Source: an uncultured Ignavibacteriaceae bacterium (GTDB lineage: Bacteria > Bacteroidota > Ignavibacteria > UBA10030). Taken from it: a stretch of DNA of 35,184 nt. The notes beneath the pieces were generated by a model. The model had not been told where the DNA came from. It was given only the letters and a program-made list of their open reading frames with translations, and searched no databases. Every line of letters starts with the position of its first letter. Position 1 is the first letter of the stretch. Shown piece by piece: positions 25,987 to 34,386 of this stretch. The stretch is from contig CAYXMK010000001.1 in NCBI GenBank assembly GCA_964465905.1, positions 16,923 through 52,106 of the forward strand, read 5' to 3'. A program made the position numbers and the translations under genes.

Positions 25987-27390
25987 TTGGGCACGCTTCG
26001 TCGCGTTTTCCTTCCCCTGTCCTCAGCCGCCGTCACGCTTTTCCTCCACCCCGACCTCTCTGCTCAGGTCTCCCTGCGCGAGAAGATCGGACAGATGGTG
26101 ATGGTAACCGTCACGGGGGATTCTCTGGAGAAATCTTCCCCGTCGCTGGACACGTTGAAGAGCGATCTGGACCAGGGCCTGGTCGGCGGACTGATCCTCT
26201 TCAACTGGAGCGGGAATCTGAAGAATCCGGATCAGATCGCCCACTTCACGCAGGAATTGCAGAAGAGGGCCCGGACTCCGCTCTTCCTCGCCATTGATCA
26301 GGAGGGAGGGAGAGTCGCCCGCCTGAACGCGTCGAACGGCTTTCAGGCAACCGCCTCTGCGTACACGCTCGGGACGATCCTCAATCTTGAAAGCGCCACC
26401 CGACAGACGGCAGGCACGATGGCCCAGTGGCTCTGGCAGATGGGATTGAACATGAACCTTGCCCCCGTTGTGGATGTCAATGTGAATCCGGCCAGCCCGG
26501 CCATCGGCGCTGTGGAACGCAGCTTCTCTACCGACGCCGACACCGTCGCGCTGCACGCCTCCTGGTTCATCGATGAATTCCATAAGCGGGGTATCATCAC
26601 CACGCTGAAGCACTTTCCCGGTCACGGCAGTGCAACCGGCGATTCGCATCTCGGCTTCACCGATGTAACTACAACATGGACATCCATCGAGCTGGTGCCG
26701 TACCGCCGTTTGATGGCAGCTCATCTCGTCGAAGCCGTCATGACTGCCCACGTCTTCAACGCAACCATTGATACTTTGTACCCCGCCACACTCTCGACGG
26801 CAACGATCACCGGCATTCTCAGAAACGAGCTTGGCTACCAGGGCGTGGTGGTGAGCGACGAAATGGGAATGAAAGCAATTTCCTCGCAGTTCGGATTTGA
26901 CGAAGCTATCGGATTGGCACTCAATGCCGGAGTGGATCTCCTGCTGTACAACAAAAACCTGGACAGTACCGGCTCATCGTTGGCCCGGCATGTGGTTGAC
27001 TACGTCGAGCAGAAGGTCCTTGAGGGTGAGATCGCCCCCCTACGCATCGAGGAATCCTATGACCGGATTATGGCCCTCAAGAGCCGGTACCTCGTATCCG
27101 CACCGGTCCGCATCACGGCGGCGATGCCTGCATCATGGGGACTCTCGAACTATCCCAATCCCTTCAACAGCTCCACACAGCTCGTTGTCAGCGTGAGGGC
27201 TCGCGGTTCGGCTGAACTGCAGATCTTCGATCTCCTCGGCCGGGCGATCGCAACGCTTCTGCATCAGGACCTTGAGGCGGGGGAACACCGCGTGGTCTGG
27301 GATGCCCGTGACATGCCCAGCGGCGTCTACCTGGCCCGACTGACGGTTGCTCAGCACGTGCTGACCGCCAGAATTCTTCTCCTTCGGTAA
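25987..27390 (+). CDS. glycoside hydrolase family 3 beta-N-acetylhexosaminidase (NagZ-like) with T9SS C-terminal sorting domain
   Basis: There is no ATG after the upstream stop. TTG 25987 (or TTG 25957) yields a signal peptide ...AAVTLFLHPDLSAQ. GH3 motifs are KIGQMVMV, FLAIDQEGGRVARL, NLAPVVDVN, KHFPGHGSATGDSH and VVVSDEMGM. The last ~84 aa (27136-27387), NYPNPFNSSTQLVV...GVYLARL...RILLLR, form a T9SS-type CTD. The start codon is uncertain. Confidence 0.85.
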   Translation: MGTLRRVFLPLSSAAVTLFLHPDLSAQVSLREKIGQMVMVTVTGDSLEKSSPSLDTLKSDLDQGLVGGLILFNWSGNLKNPDQIAHFTQELQKRARTPLFLAIDQEGGRVARLNASNGFQATASAYTLGTILNLESATRQTAGTMAQWLWQMGLNMNLAPVVDVNVNPASPAIGAVERSFSTDADTVALHASWFIDEFHKRGIITTLKHFPGHGSATGDSHLGFTDVTTTWTSIELVPYRRLMAAHLVEAVMTAHVFNATIDTLYPATLSTATITGILRNELGYQGVVVSDEMGMKAISSQFGFDEAIGLALNAGVDLLLYNKNLDSTGSSLARHVVDYVEQKVLEGEIAPLRIEESYDRIMALKSRYLVSAPVRITAAMPASWGLSNYPNPFNSSTQLVVSVRARGSAELQIFDLLGRAIATLLHQDLEAGEHRVVWDARDMPSGVYLARLTVAQHVLTARILLLR

Positions 27391-27626
27391 GCTGTCCGAT
27401 CTTCCGGGAGGCCTTTCACGCTTCGACAGATCAAACCACCGGGCGATGATATCCGGCGTTTCCGCATTTGTCGGTCCCTGCCAGGTGGGGAACCGCCGCC
27501 GGCGCAGCGACCCGGGCCGGAGCACCTACCGACGGAACATGGTGTCCCCGGTGATAGCGTCCTGCAGCGGAACGCCCGACGGGAGGGGTTGCCTTGACGT
27601 ATTCTTTTTTGTATCATCTCTTTGTC

Positions 27627-27704
27627 ATGAAACCGATGCAACAGCGGACGCAGGTGTCTTTGTGGTGGTGGCGCTGGTTCAAGCCGGCGTTCCCGTCGCC
27701 CTAG
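27627..27704 (+). CDS. candidate Trp leader peptide (25 aa, MKPMQQRTQVSLWWWRWFKPAFPSP)
   Basis: The ORF runs from ATG 27627 to TAG 27702-27704 and is too short for the ORF track. Four TGG codons fall within five consecutive codons (27663-27677). It is followed by alternative hairpins and terminators just upstream of trpB2. No clear Shine-Dalgarno sequence is present. Confidence 0.6.
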   Translation: MKPMQQRTQVSLWWWRWFKPAFPSP

Positions 27705-27727
27705 ACGTCTGTCTTGATGTGCCCAGT

Positions 27728-27769
27728 ACGGTGGGAATGCTGATCGGAGCGTTCCCACTGTTTGTTTTG
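27728..27769 (+). terminator. attenuator hairpin B:C with U-rich tail (terminator-like 1)
   Basis: A 13-bp stem (27728-27740 with 27749-27761, including 2 G-U pairs) has an 8-nt loop and runs into TTTGTTTTG (27761-27769). Confidence 0.5.
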
Positions 27770-27777
27770 CACACGCG

Positions 27778-27812
27778 AAATCGTGGGATCCTCCGCCCAC
27801 GATTTTTCTTTG
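27778..27812 (+). terminator. attenuator hairpin D:E with U-run (terminator-like 2)
   Basis: AAATCGTGGG (27778-27787) pairs with CCCACGATTT (27796-27805) to give a 10-bp stem with an 8-nt loop. It runs into TTTTTCTTTG (27803-27812), 44 nt before the trpB2 ATG. Confidence 0.6.
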
Positions 27813-27855
27813 TACCCACACTCATCCATCACATCACCTTTGGAGGAATACCGTC

Positions 27856-29220
27856 ATGAATCCACGACGCATCCTGCTCGAAGAACGCGAGATGCCCACG
27901 GCATATTACAACATTCTGCCGGATCTTCCGCGGCCGCTGGACCCGCCCCTGCATCCCGGAACCGGCCAGCCGATCGGGCCGCAGGATCTGGAAGCAATCT
28001 TCCCGCTTGAGCTTATCCGCCAGGAGGTCAGTACCGAGCGCTTCATCGACATTCCCGAGGAGGTGCAGGAGGTGTACCGCCTCTACCGTCCCACGCCGTT
28101 GATCCGGGCGCTCAATCTCGAGCGCGTCCTCGATACCCCCGCCGAAATCTACTACAAGTACGAAGGCGTCAGCCCGGCCGGCAGTCACAAACCGAACACA
28201 GCTATTCCGCAGGCGTTCTACAACAAGCAGGCAGGGAAGAAGCGGTTGACGACCGAAACCGGAGCCGGGCAGTGGGGAAGTTCGCTGGCGTTCGCCTGCA
28301 ACCGGTTCGGGCTGGAATGCAAGGTGTACATGGTGCGCATCAGTTATGAGCAGAAGCCTTACCGGCGTTCCATGATCCGGGCCTGGGGGGGAGAGGTTGT
28401 CGCAAGTCCCAGCCGCGACACGGCGGCCGGGCGCGCCGTTCTCGAACAGGATCCGCTTTCGCCGGGGAGTCTCGGCATTGCCATCAGTGAGGCAGTGGAG
28501 GATGCGGTCAAGCGGGACGACACGAATTATTCCCTCGGCAGCGTGCTGAACCACGTGCTGCTGCACCAGACCATCATCGGACAGGAGGCCAAGACACAGC
28601 TCGAGAAGGTCGACCGGTTTCCGGATCTTATTATCGGTTGTGTCGGAGGCGGGTCCAACTTCGGCGGCATCGCCCTTCCCTTTGTTCACGACAAGATCAA
28701 GGGGACGCAAATCCGCTGTATCGCCGTCGAGCCGTCTGCCTGTCCTTCATTAACCAGGGGCGAGTTCCGGTATGACTTCGGCGACACAGCAATGTTGACC
28801 CCGCTGATGCCGATGCACACGCTCGGACACGCCTTTCTTCCTCCCTCGATCCACGCCGGCGGGCTCCGATACCACGGCATGGCGCCGATCATCAGTCGGC
28901 TGTACCTCGACAAGCTGATCGAGGCACGCGCGTACGGCCAGCTGGATGTGTTCGAAGCAGCGGTGCTGTTCGCGCGCGCCGAAGGGATCATCCCAGCGCC
29001 CGAGCCGGCTCACGCCATCAAGGCAGTAATCGACGAGGCCCGACAGGCGAAAGCGGAAGGGAAGAAGAAGGTGATCCTCTTCAACCTGTGCGGACACGGG
29101 CATTTCGACATGGGAGCCTACGATGCCTACTTCGCCGGAAAACTGGAGAACACGGAGATTCCGCAGGAAGCCGTCCGGCAGTCTCTGGCCGAACTCAAGA
29201 CACTTCCGGTTCCGGCCTGA
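27856..29220 (+). CDS. trpB2: TrpB2-type tryptophan synthase beta-like PLP enzyme (stand-alone)
   Basis: 454 aa with GGAGGA 8 nt upstream. It has the long TrpB2-specific N-terminus ([34 protein letters not shown]) and the PLP-lysine region [24 protein letters not shown]. Further motifs are [13 protein letters not shown] and [11 protein letters not shown]. No trpA or other trp genes are adjacent. Confidence 0.9.
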   Translation: MNPRRILLEEREMPTAYYNILPDLPRPLDPPLHPGTGQPIGPQDLEAIFPLELIRQEVSTERFIDIPEEVQEVYRLYRPTPLIRALNLERVLDTPAEIYYKYEGVSPAGSHKPNTAIPQAFYNKQAGKKRLTTETGAGQWGSSLAFACNRFGLECKVYMVRISYEQKPYRRSMIRAWGGEVVASPSRDTAAGRAVLEQDPLSPGSLGIAISEAVEDAVKRDDTNYSLGSVLNHVLLHQTIIGQEAKTQLEKVDRFPDLIIGCVGGGSNFGGIALPFVHDKIKGTQIRCIAVEPSACPSLTRGEFRYDFGDTAMLTPLMPMHTLGHAFLPPSIHAGGLRYHGMAPIISRLYLDKLIEARAYGQLDVFEAAVLFARAEGIIPAPEPAHAIKAVIDEARQAKAEGKKKVILFNLCGHGHFDMGAYDAYFAGKLENTEIPQEAVRQSLAELKTLPVPA

Positions 29221-29230
29221 CCAAGCACCG

Positions 29231-29271
29231 CTCCCCGGCCGCGGGCGCCTGCCGCCCCGCGGCCGGGGGAG
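29231..29271. repeat. GC-rich inverted repeat (hairpin without U-tract) downstream of trpB2
   Basis: CTCCCCGGCCGCGGG (29231-29245) pairs with CCCGCGGCCGGGG-G-AG (29256-29271). The stem is about 15 bp with one bulged G and a 10-nt loop. No T-run follows. Confidence 0.5.
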
Positions 29272-29345
29272 CAGATTGCCTCGGCCGGCGAATTCCCTTA
29301 TCTTGAACACCGCTCTTCTGCGTTCCCATCATCCCCGGAGAATCT

Positions 29346-29705
29346 ATGACCAGCAAGCTCGACGAGTTTCGGTTGTATCGGACACGCATGAACGACCGGA
29401 TTGCACAGATCGATCATCTCGGCATCAAGCGCTTTTTCAACCTGGACGGAGCGGCGTACAGGGACGGGGCGCTGGACGGCAGGACCAAGGAGCTTCTCGG
29501 CCTCGTCGCCTCGGCTGTCCTTCGTTGCAACGATTGTATCGACTACCACCTGATTCAGTGCGTGGAGGCGGGGTGGAAGGATGAGGAACTGTACGACGCT
29601 CTGAACGTTGCGCTGATCGTCGGCGGCAGCATCGTGATTCCGCACCTGCGTCACGCGGTGGAAACGATCGACACGCTGAGAAAAGAACAGGCCGGCGGCG
29701 CCTGA
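29346..29705 (+). CDS. carboxymuconolactone decarboxylase (AhpD-like) family protein
   Basis: 119 aa with GGAG upstream. The motifs LDGRTKELLGLVASAVLRCNDCIDYHL include a CxxC within the typical CMD helix pair. Confidence 0.75.
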   Translation: MTSKLDEFRLYRTRMNDRIAQIDHLGIKRFFNLDGAAYRDGALDGRTKELLGLVASAVLRCNDCIDYHLIQCVEAGWKDEELYDALNVALIVGGSIVIPHLRHAVETIDTLRKEQAGGA

Positions 29706-29740
29706 TCGCGCTCCGGCCTGCCGAGAGACAGCAGACCGCG

Positions 29741-32326
29741 TTATCGGGACGGCGTCATCGCGCCCCAGGTGAGCGCATTGAACAGCAGTTTGAACGTCCC
29801 CTCCGTCTGTGCCCTGTGCTGCACCCGGAAGCCGAGCAGAACGATCTTTCCCTTGCCGTAGGTCAGCGCCACAGCGGCCGCCTTCCGCTCCAGCTTCTCC
29901 TCGCCCTGGATCCACCCCGACAGGAGAATATCCTCCCGCTCCGCCGGATACCAGGCGAGGACCGTGCGCGTCATCTCAGACCCCGGGATCGTCGTCTGGA
30001 AAGCCAACTTCCCCGTCACAAACGCCGCCGCCGTCTCGGGCATCCCGAAGGTCACCGGGTGGTGCGGATCAAGATGAATCCTCAGGAGGGCACCGGGACA
30101 GTTGAATTCCTCGGCCTTGACCCGCGCCAGCGCGTTCGCCACCGGGATGTTGAACTCCTCCATCACGAACTCCGAGGAACGTCCGAGCGCAACGAGTGTC
30201 CCTCCCTGCTCCACGAATTCCCGCACATTCTTCACACCCTCTTTTGTGATCCCTCCGCTGTACTCGGGCGGGAGCTCCGCGGAGTACTTCATCTGACCTT
30301 CTTCCGGCTTGTACTTCCCCTCCACAATGACATCCTTGGTGATGTCGGCAATCAGAAGGACGTTGAAATCCTTTCCGATCTTCCCATCCTTGATCCGCTT
30401 GTTGTCGACCGTCGTCGAGGTGAATCCGTACTGATCCAGCACAAAGCGCGTCCATCCTTCATCCATCGACGCCTGCCACGGCTTGTAGAGAGCAATACGA
30501 GGTTCGGTAAGCTGATCGAGGGCCACCGTCGGCCTCTGACGCAATCCTGTCATCGCCACAGCATGCGCGCGCGCCAGGCCGGCTGCATCCTGTAGTCCTT
30601 CCAACACGATCGTTCCCGCCGGGTAGGACGAGCCGCCGTCGGTGAAGCCGGTTCGGGCAATCCGCACGCTGCCTGCTTTCCTCTTCAGCACATCATTGAC
30701 GAGCTTGGTCGTAGCGTTGCTCTCCGGACGCACTGCGTAGAGTGGAGCGCCCTCCCGGTCGACGGATCCCGTAGGTTTGTCGGATTCCTGAAGAGCCCGC
30801 ACACTCATCCGCTCCTCTGCTGAGAGCTTCCGCACGTACACATCCACCCCCATCATGAGCGGCAGGGACCATGCCGTGACGTCATAGGGGGGGAGGATAC
30901 TGGAACCGCTGGTCGGCCGCACACGCGGGTAGCGCTGAACATTCAGGAACTCCGACAGGAATCGGGCATAGGGCTGTGCTGCGGGAATCACATAAGCGGT
31001 TTCATCCTGCGCGACGCACACCTCAGCCCCGTTTTCTTGCAACAGGTACGCCAACCGCGCGGCAGCAACAGGATCGCGTTGGCGACGGGGAATCACGTAG
31101 TACTCATCGGCAGGCGCTGAGGCAATCGCATCCTGCGCCATCACCGCAACAGCTCTCAGGAGATCCTCACGGAAGGCCGCACAGTTCTCCAGCAGCGCGT
31201 CTGATGCGATCCTCTCGTAGTCCATGATGTCCCGCAGCCGCCAGAGACCGCCGGGCCAGGGATTCGGAAAATTCGTTTGAGGCACGTAGTCGATCAGCCC
31301 TTTGCCCCCGCCCGAGAGTTCATTGACGCTGACCTCAACCGGCGTTCCCATCTTCGTCGAGGCAACCTCGGTCAGAAGTCCGACGACATTCTTCCACCAT
31401 GCAGTGTTCTTCGTCCCACCGGGCCAGTAGGCATCAAAGATGTAGCTGTAGGCAACGCCCGACTTCCCCTGTTGCTCAAGGCGCAGAGACATCTGGGTTC
31501 CTATGTGATCCACGAACCGCCAGATGAGCGGATGAATGGTCTTGTCCACAGGATTGGCATAGGGAGGCACGAACATCCGGGGTCCCGTTGCCCCCATCTG
31601 ATGTTCATCCAGCCACACCTGCGGGAACCACTCGTGGAAAACCGCCCGGTTCATGGCCTTCGACTCCTTCTGCGTCAGCATGTACCAGTCGCGGTTATTG
31701 TCGTGACCAACGTAGTAGTGGTAGAGCCAGGGCATCCGCCCTCCCTCATACGGAGTGCCGAGGTACTTGCGATACCATTCCACCTCCATGATTTGTCCGT
31801 CGGGATTCAGGGACGGTACCAGCAGTAGGATGACTTCGTTCAGCCAGTGCTTCGTCCGTTCATCCCCGGCCGTCACGAGCGCATGAGCCCACTCCATCGC
31901 CATCTGGGTCGAGCCGATCTCGGTGGAATGAATATTGCAGGTCACCAGCACGATCGCCTTTCCCTCCGCGACCAGCTTGTCGATCTGGTCCCGAGAGAGT
32001 CCACGCGGATCCGCAAGTCGGCGTGCGATCTCCTGGTACCTGGACTTGTTCCGGAGGTTCTCTTCAGCAGAAATTACGGCCATGAACATCTCTTCACCGA
32101 GCGTGGTCGGACCCAGGTTTTGCAGTTCCAGGCGTTCCGACGCCGCATCCAGAGCGTTGAAGTACGAGCGAATCTGCCGGTAGTCGGCCAGTTGCCGGTC
32201 CGCCCCTACCTCGAATCCGAGAAACTCCGAGGGTGTCGCCACTTTTCCCTGAGACCATGCCTCGCAGACGGTGGCAAGAGTGAGGAGAGCAGTGAGCAAA
32301 CGCGCGCAAGCGATCTTTCTGTTCAT
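29741..32326 (-). CDS. M14-family zinc carboxypeptidase-like protein with large C-terminal extension
   Basis: The ORF is open to ATG 32341. The second ATG at 32326 is preceded by GGAGGA at 5-nt spacing and gives the signal peptide MNRKIACARLLTALLTLATVCEAWSQ. M14 motifs are NIHSTEIG (HxxE), LVPSLNPDG, GHDNNRDW and LDEHQMG. Confidence 0.8.
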   Translation of the reverse strand: MNRKIACARLLTALLTLATVCEAWSQGKVATPSEFLGFEVGADRQLADYRQIRSYFNALDAASERLELQNLGPTTLGEEMFMAVISAEENLRNKSRYQEIARRLADPRGLSRDQIDKLVAEGKAIVLVTCNIHSTEIGSTQMAMEWAHALVTAGDERTKHWLNEVILLLVPSLNPDGQIMEVEWYRKYLGTPYEGGRMPWLYHYYVGHDNNRDWYMLTQKESKAMNRAVFHEWFPQVWLDEHQMGATGPRMFVPPYANPVDKTIHPLIWRFVDHIGTQMSLRLEQQGKSGVAYSYIFDAYWPGGTKNTAWWKNVVGLLTEVASTKMGTPVEVSVNELSGGGKGLIDYVPQTNFPNPWPGGLWRLRDIMDYERIASDALLENCAAFREDLLRAVAVMAQDAIASAPADEYYVIPRRQRDPVAAARLAYLLQENGAEVCVAQDETAYVIPAAQPYARFLSEFLNVQRYPRVRPTSGSSILPPYDVTAWSLPLMMGVDVYVRKLSAEERMSVRALQESDKPTGSVDREGAPLYAVRPESNATTKLVNDVLKRKAGSVRIARTGFTDGGSSYPAGTIVLEGLQDAAGLARAHAVAMTGLRQRPTVALDQLTEPRIALYKPWQASMDEGWTRFVLDQYGFTSTTVDNKRIKDGKIGKDFNVLLIADITKDVIVEGKYKPEEGQMKYSAELPPEYSGGITKEGVKNVREFVEQGGTLVALGRSSEFVMEEFNIPVANALARVKAEEFNCPGALLRIHLDPHHPVTFGMPETAAAFVTGKLAFQTTIPGSEMTRTVLAWYPAEREDILLSGWIQGEEKLERKAAAVALTYGKGKIVLLGFRVQHRAQTEGTFKLLFNALTWGAMTPSR

Positions 32327-32415
32327 GAGGTTCCTCCGCATATGAAGGATAAGAATGTCTGTGCAGTCCGCACGATACCATGCGGTCCGTGCATTACCTG
32401 CAACTGATACAGATA

Positions 32416-34380
32416 TCAGGGTCCCGGTTGCCTCTCCCTCCCGCCGGACCTCTTCACCAGCTGTTCATACTGTCTGAGGTAGGAGGCCGCGGCAGCGCTG
32501 TCCCCCCGAACGGTCCGGTAGAGATCCGACAATGTGCGGTACGCCTGAGCATACCGCGGATTGCGACTCAGGAGATCCTTGAGGAGTTCTTCAGCCCGGT
32601 CGAACTCGCTGCCGTTCAGAGCAATCTCCACCTGCAGGTTGCGGGCGTCCCAATATTCCGGATGAAGCCGGAGGGCCTCTTCAACCTCCCGCTCTGCCTG
32701 ATCACGGTAGTCGTACAACAACAATGCCCATGCGTAGAGGTAGTGCGCCCGCGAGGAGCGCGGTTCCAAGACGACAACATCTGCCAGAATCTGGCCTGCC
32801 GTGGAGATGTCGCCCCCCATGAGTGCTGCGCGCGCCACCTCTGTCAGGTACGCGGCGCGCGATCCCGTCAGGTACATGCGATCCGGCTGGAAGGCGAAGA
32901 TCTCGAGAGTTTCAGGAAACCGCTCATCGGTCTGGAAGAGCGGATTGACATTGACGATTTCAAACCAGCTCCGAAGCACGGCAACGTGCGTGACCTTCTG
33001 ATCCGTCAGCATCTGCATCAGCGCTTCGCGATTGCCGATGCTCTTCACGGCTTCCGGCGAAACCAATCCTACCATGTCCACCACCCGTCGTCCCGAGTAG
33101 AAGCCGATGGCACCGATGTCGTGCGTGGCAATGAGAGCGTCATCCGGGAGATTTGCCCGTATCCACCGCGCCCCCTGCACTTGACGGTTCAGAATATACC
33201 CGCAATGATCGGCATACAGCAATCGCTCCTGCCATCCCGCCAACAGCGTTTGGGTCCCAATGATCACCGCAAGAAGTGTCGGCAGAGCGATACCCGCCAT
33301 TTCCCGGTACCACTCCCCCGACCGGTTCTGGACGAAGACCGCCAGCTCTCGGATTCCCCAGAAGGCGATGAGCACGAGAAAAGGAATTGCCGGCATCAAG
33401 TAGCGGCCATTCTGGTAGAGATACGGAAGCTTCCACCAATACGCGCCGGTCAGGGCCAGAATCCAGAGGATGGGCAGGATCCAGTCCGCGCTGCGCCGGC
33501 GAGCTATACGGACCAACAGCAGGACCAGCGTCCCGGCCACCAGCGGAACGAGGAGGAGTTGATGTCCTGAGCTAAGGTAGCGGAATGCCTGCGCCGGGAA
33601 GTTCTCCCCCCCTGCCGCGTAGTACGTCAGCTTGGCTGTGTACGTGTTCGGCAGAACCGAATCCGACAGGTGGAGATTGAAGAGCATGTAGGCCGCACCG
33701 CAGAGGGCAACCACCGGCAGGAATTTCCAGACAGGAACGGCTTGACTCTTCTGCACGACTTCAGCACGTCCCCCGTCTTGCGCCCACCACCGATGGTACA
33801 CCCAGTGCACCAGCAGAGCCGCATAGAACAGCACGGCCTCCGGCCTGACCCAGAGGAGAAGTCCGGCCGACGCTCCAAAACGCCACGGCCACCCCTCAAG
33901 GTAGAAGAGCGTCGCCGCCAGAAGAAGAAAGATGAACAGCGTCGTCTCCATGCCTGAGAGTGCAGCCCAATGGAGGCGGGGATCCAGGATGAATACTGCC
34001 GTGGCGCCGAGCGGGAGGATTCCCGCGGATCCCAGCAGGCGACCGCTGAGCCGGTAGAAGATCACAGCCCCGGCCAGATAGAACGCCACTCCCAGCACGT
34101 AGCTCAGGAGCATCTCATTGCTGGTGAAGAAGAACCCGACAGCGAGCAGGAGCGTGTAGAGCGGAGCGGTGGAACCAGACGTCACCATCTCATCGCGGTA
34201 GTAAGAAAAGACGCCATAGTCGTGCACATTCTTCGCGAACTGAAGGTGAATCCAGGGATCATCAAGCGGGAACCCGTTCGCCCCGTTCGCCCGATACGCA
34301 GTCGCCGCGGTGAGCACGCTGAGACCCAGTCCTGCCGCCAGGATGATGAGGAGGATGCTGTTGGTGGTGCGGGTGCTCAT
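32416..34380 (-). CDS. polytopic membrane protein with C-terminal TPR repeats (GT-C/ArnT-PMT-like putative glycosyltransferase)
   Basis: 654 aa. The N-terminal ~420 aa hold about 11-12 TM helices, with an acidic first-loop motif FPLDDPWIH. The C-terminal ~200 aa are TPR-like (AHYLYAWALLLYDYRDQAEREVEEALRLHPEYWDA...). Confidence 0.65.
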   Translation of the reverse strand: MSTRTTNSILLIILAAGLGLSVLTAATAYRANGANGFPLDDPWIHLQFAKNVHDYGVFSYYRDEMVTSGSTAPLYTLLLAVGFFFTSNEMLLSYVLGVAFYLAGAVIFYRLSGRLLGSAGILPLGATAVFILDPRLHWAALSGMETTLFIFLLLAATLFYLEGWPWRFGASAGLLLWVRPEAVLFYAALLVHWVYHRWWAQDGGRAEVVQKSQAVPVWKFLPVVALCGAAYMLFNLHLSDSVLPNTYTAKLTYYAAGGENFPAQAFRYLSSGHQLLLVPLVAGTLVLLLVRIARRRSADWILPILWILALTGAYWWKLPYLYQNGRYLMPAIPFLVLIAFWGIRELAVFVQNRSGEWYREMAGIALPTLLAVIIGTQTLLAGWQERLLYADHCGYILNRQVQGARWIRANLPDDALIATHDIGAIGFYSGRRVVDMVGLVSPEAVKSIGNREALMQMLTDQKVTHVAVLRSWFEIVNVNPLFQTDERFPETLEIFAFQPDRMYLTGSRAAYLTEVARAALMGGDISTAGQILADVVVLEPRSSRAHYLYAWALLLYDYRDQAEREVEEALRLHPEYWDARNLQVEIALNGSEFDRAEELLKDLLSRNPRYAQAYRTLSDLYRTVRGDSAAAASYLRQYEQLVKRSGGRERQPGP

Positions 34381-34386
34381 GCGGTC

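Larger units (their letters stand above)
27687..27812 (+). promoter_or_regulatory. candidate ribosome-mediated transcription attenuator (segments A-E)
   Basis: The five segments are A 27687-27698 GCGTTCCCGTCG, B 27728-27740 ACGGTGGGAATGC, C 27749-27761 GCGTTCCCACTGT, D 27778-27788 AAATCGTGGGA and E 27796-27805 CCCACGATTT. A and C share GCGTTCCC and compete for B. C and E share CCCAC and compete for D. Confidence 0.55.

Noticed and set aside
27594-27617. Sigma-70-like TTGACG / TATCAT pair upstream of the leader peptide
   Set aside because: The spacer is only 12 nt, against the canonical 16-18 nt. FCB-type promoters use different motifs, so it is not reported as a promoter.
27351-27859. ORFs 27446..27859 (+, 137 aa) and 27351..27821 (-, 156 aa) covering the trpB2 upstream region
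   Set aside because: Both are Arg/Pro/Gly-rich with no motifs. The region is better explained by the short W-rich leader ORF plus RNA hairpins.
32380-33570. 396-aa + strand ORF, and similar + ORFs at 29816..30595 and 31277..31828
   Set aside because: They are antisense to the TPR membrane protein and the M14 peptidase genes. Their Arg/Pro/His-rich composition looks non-coding.
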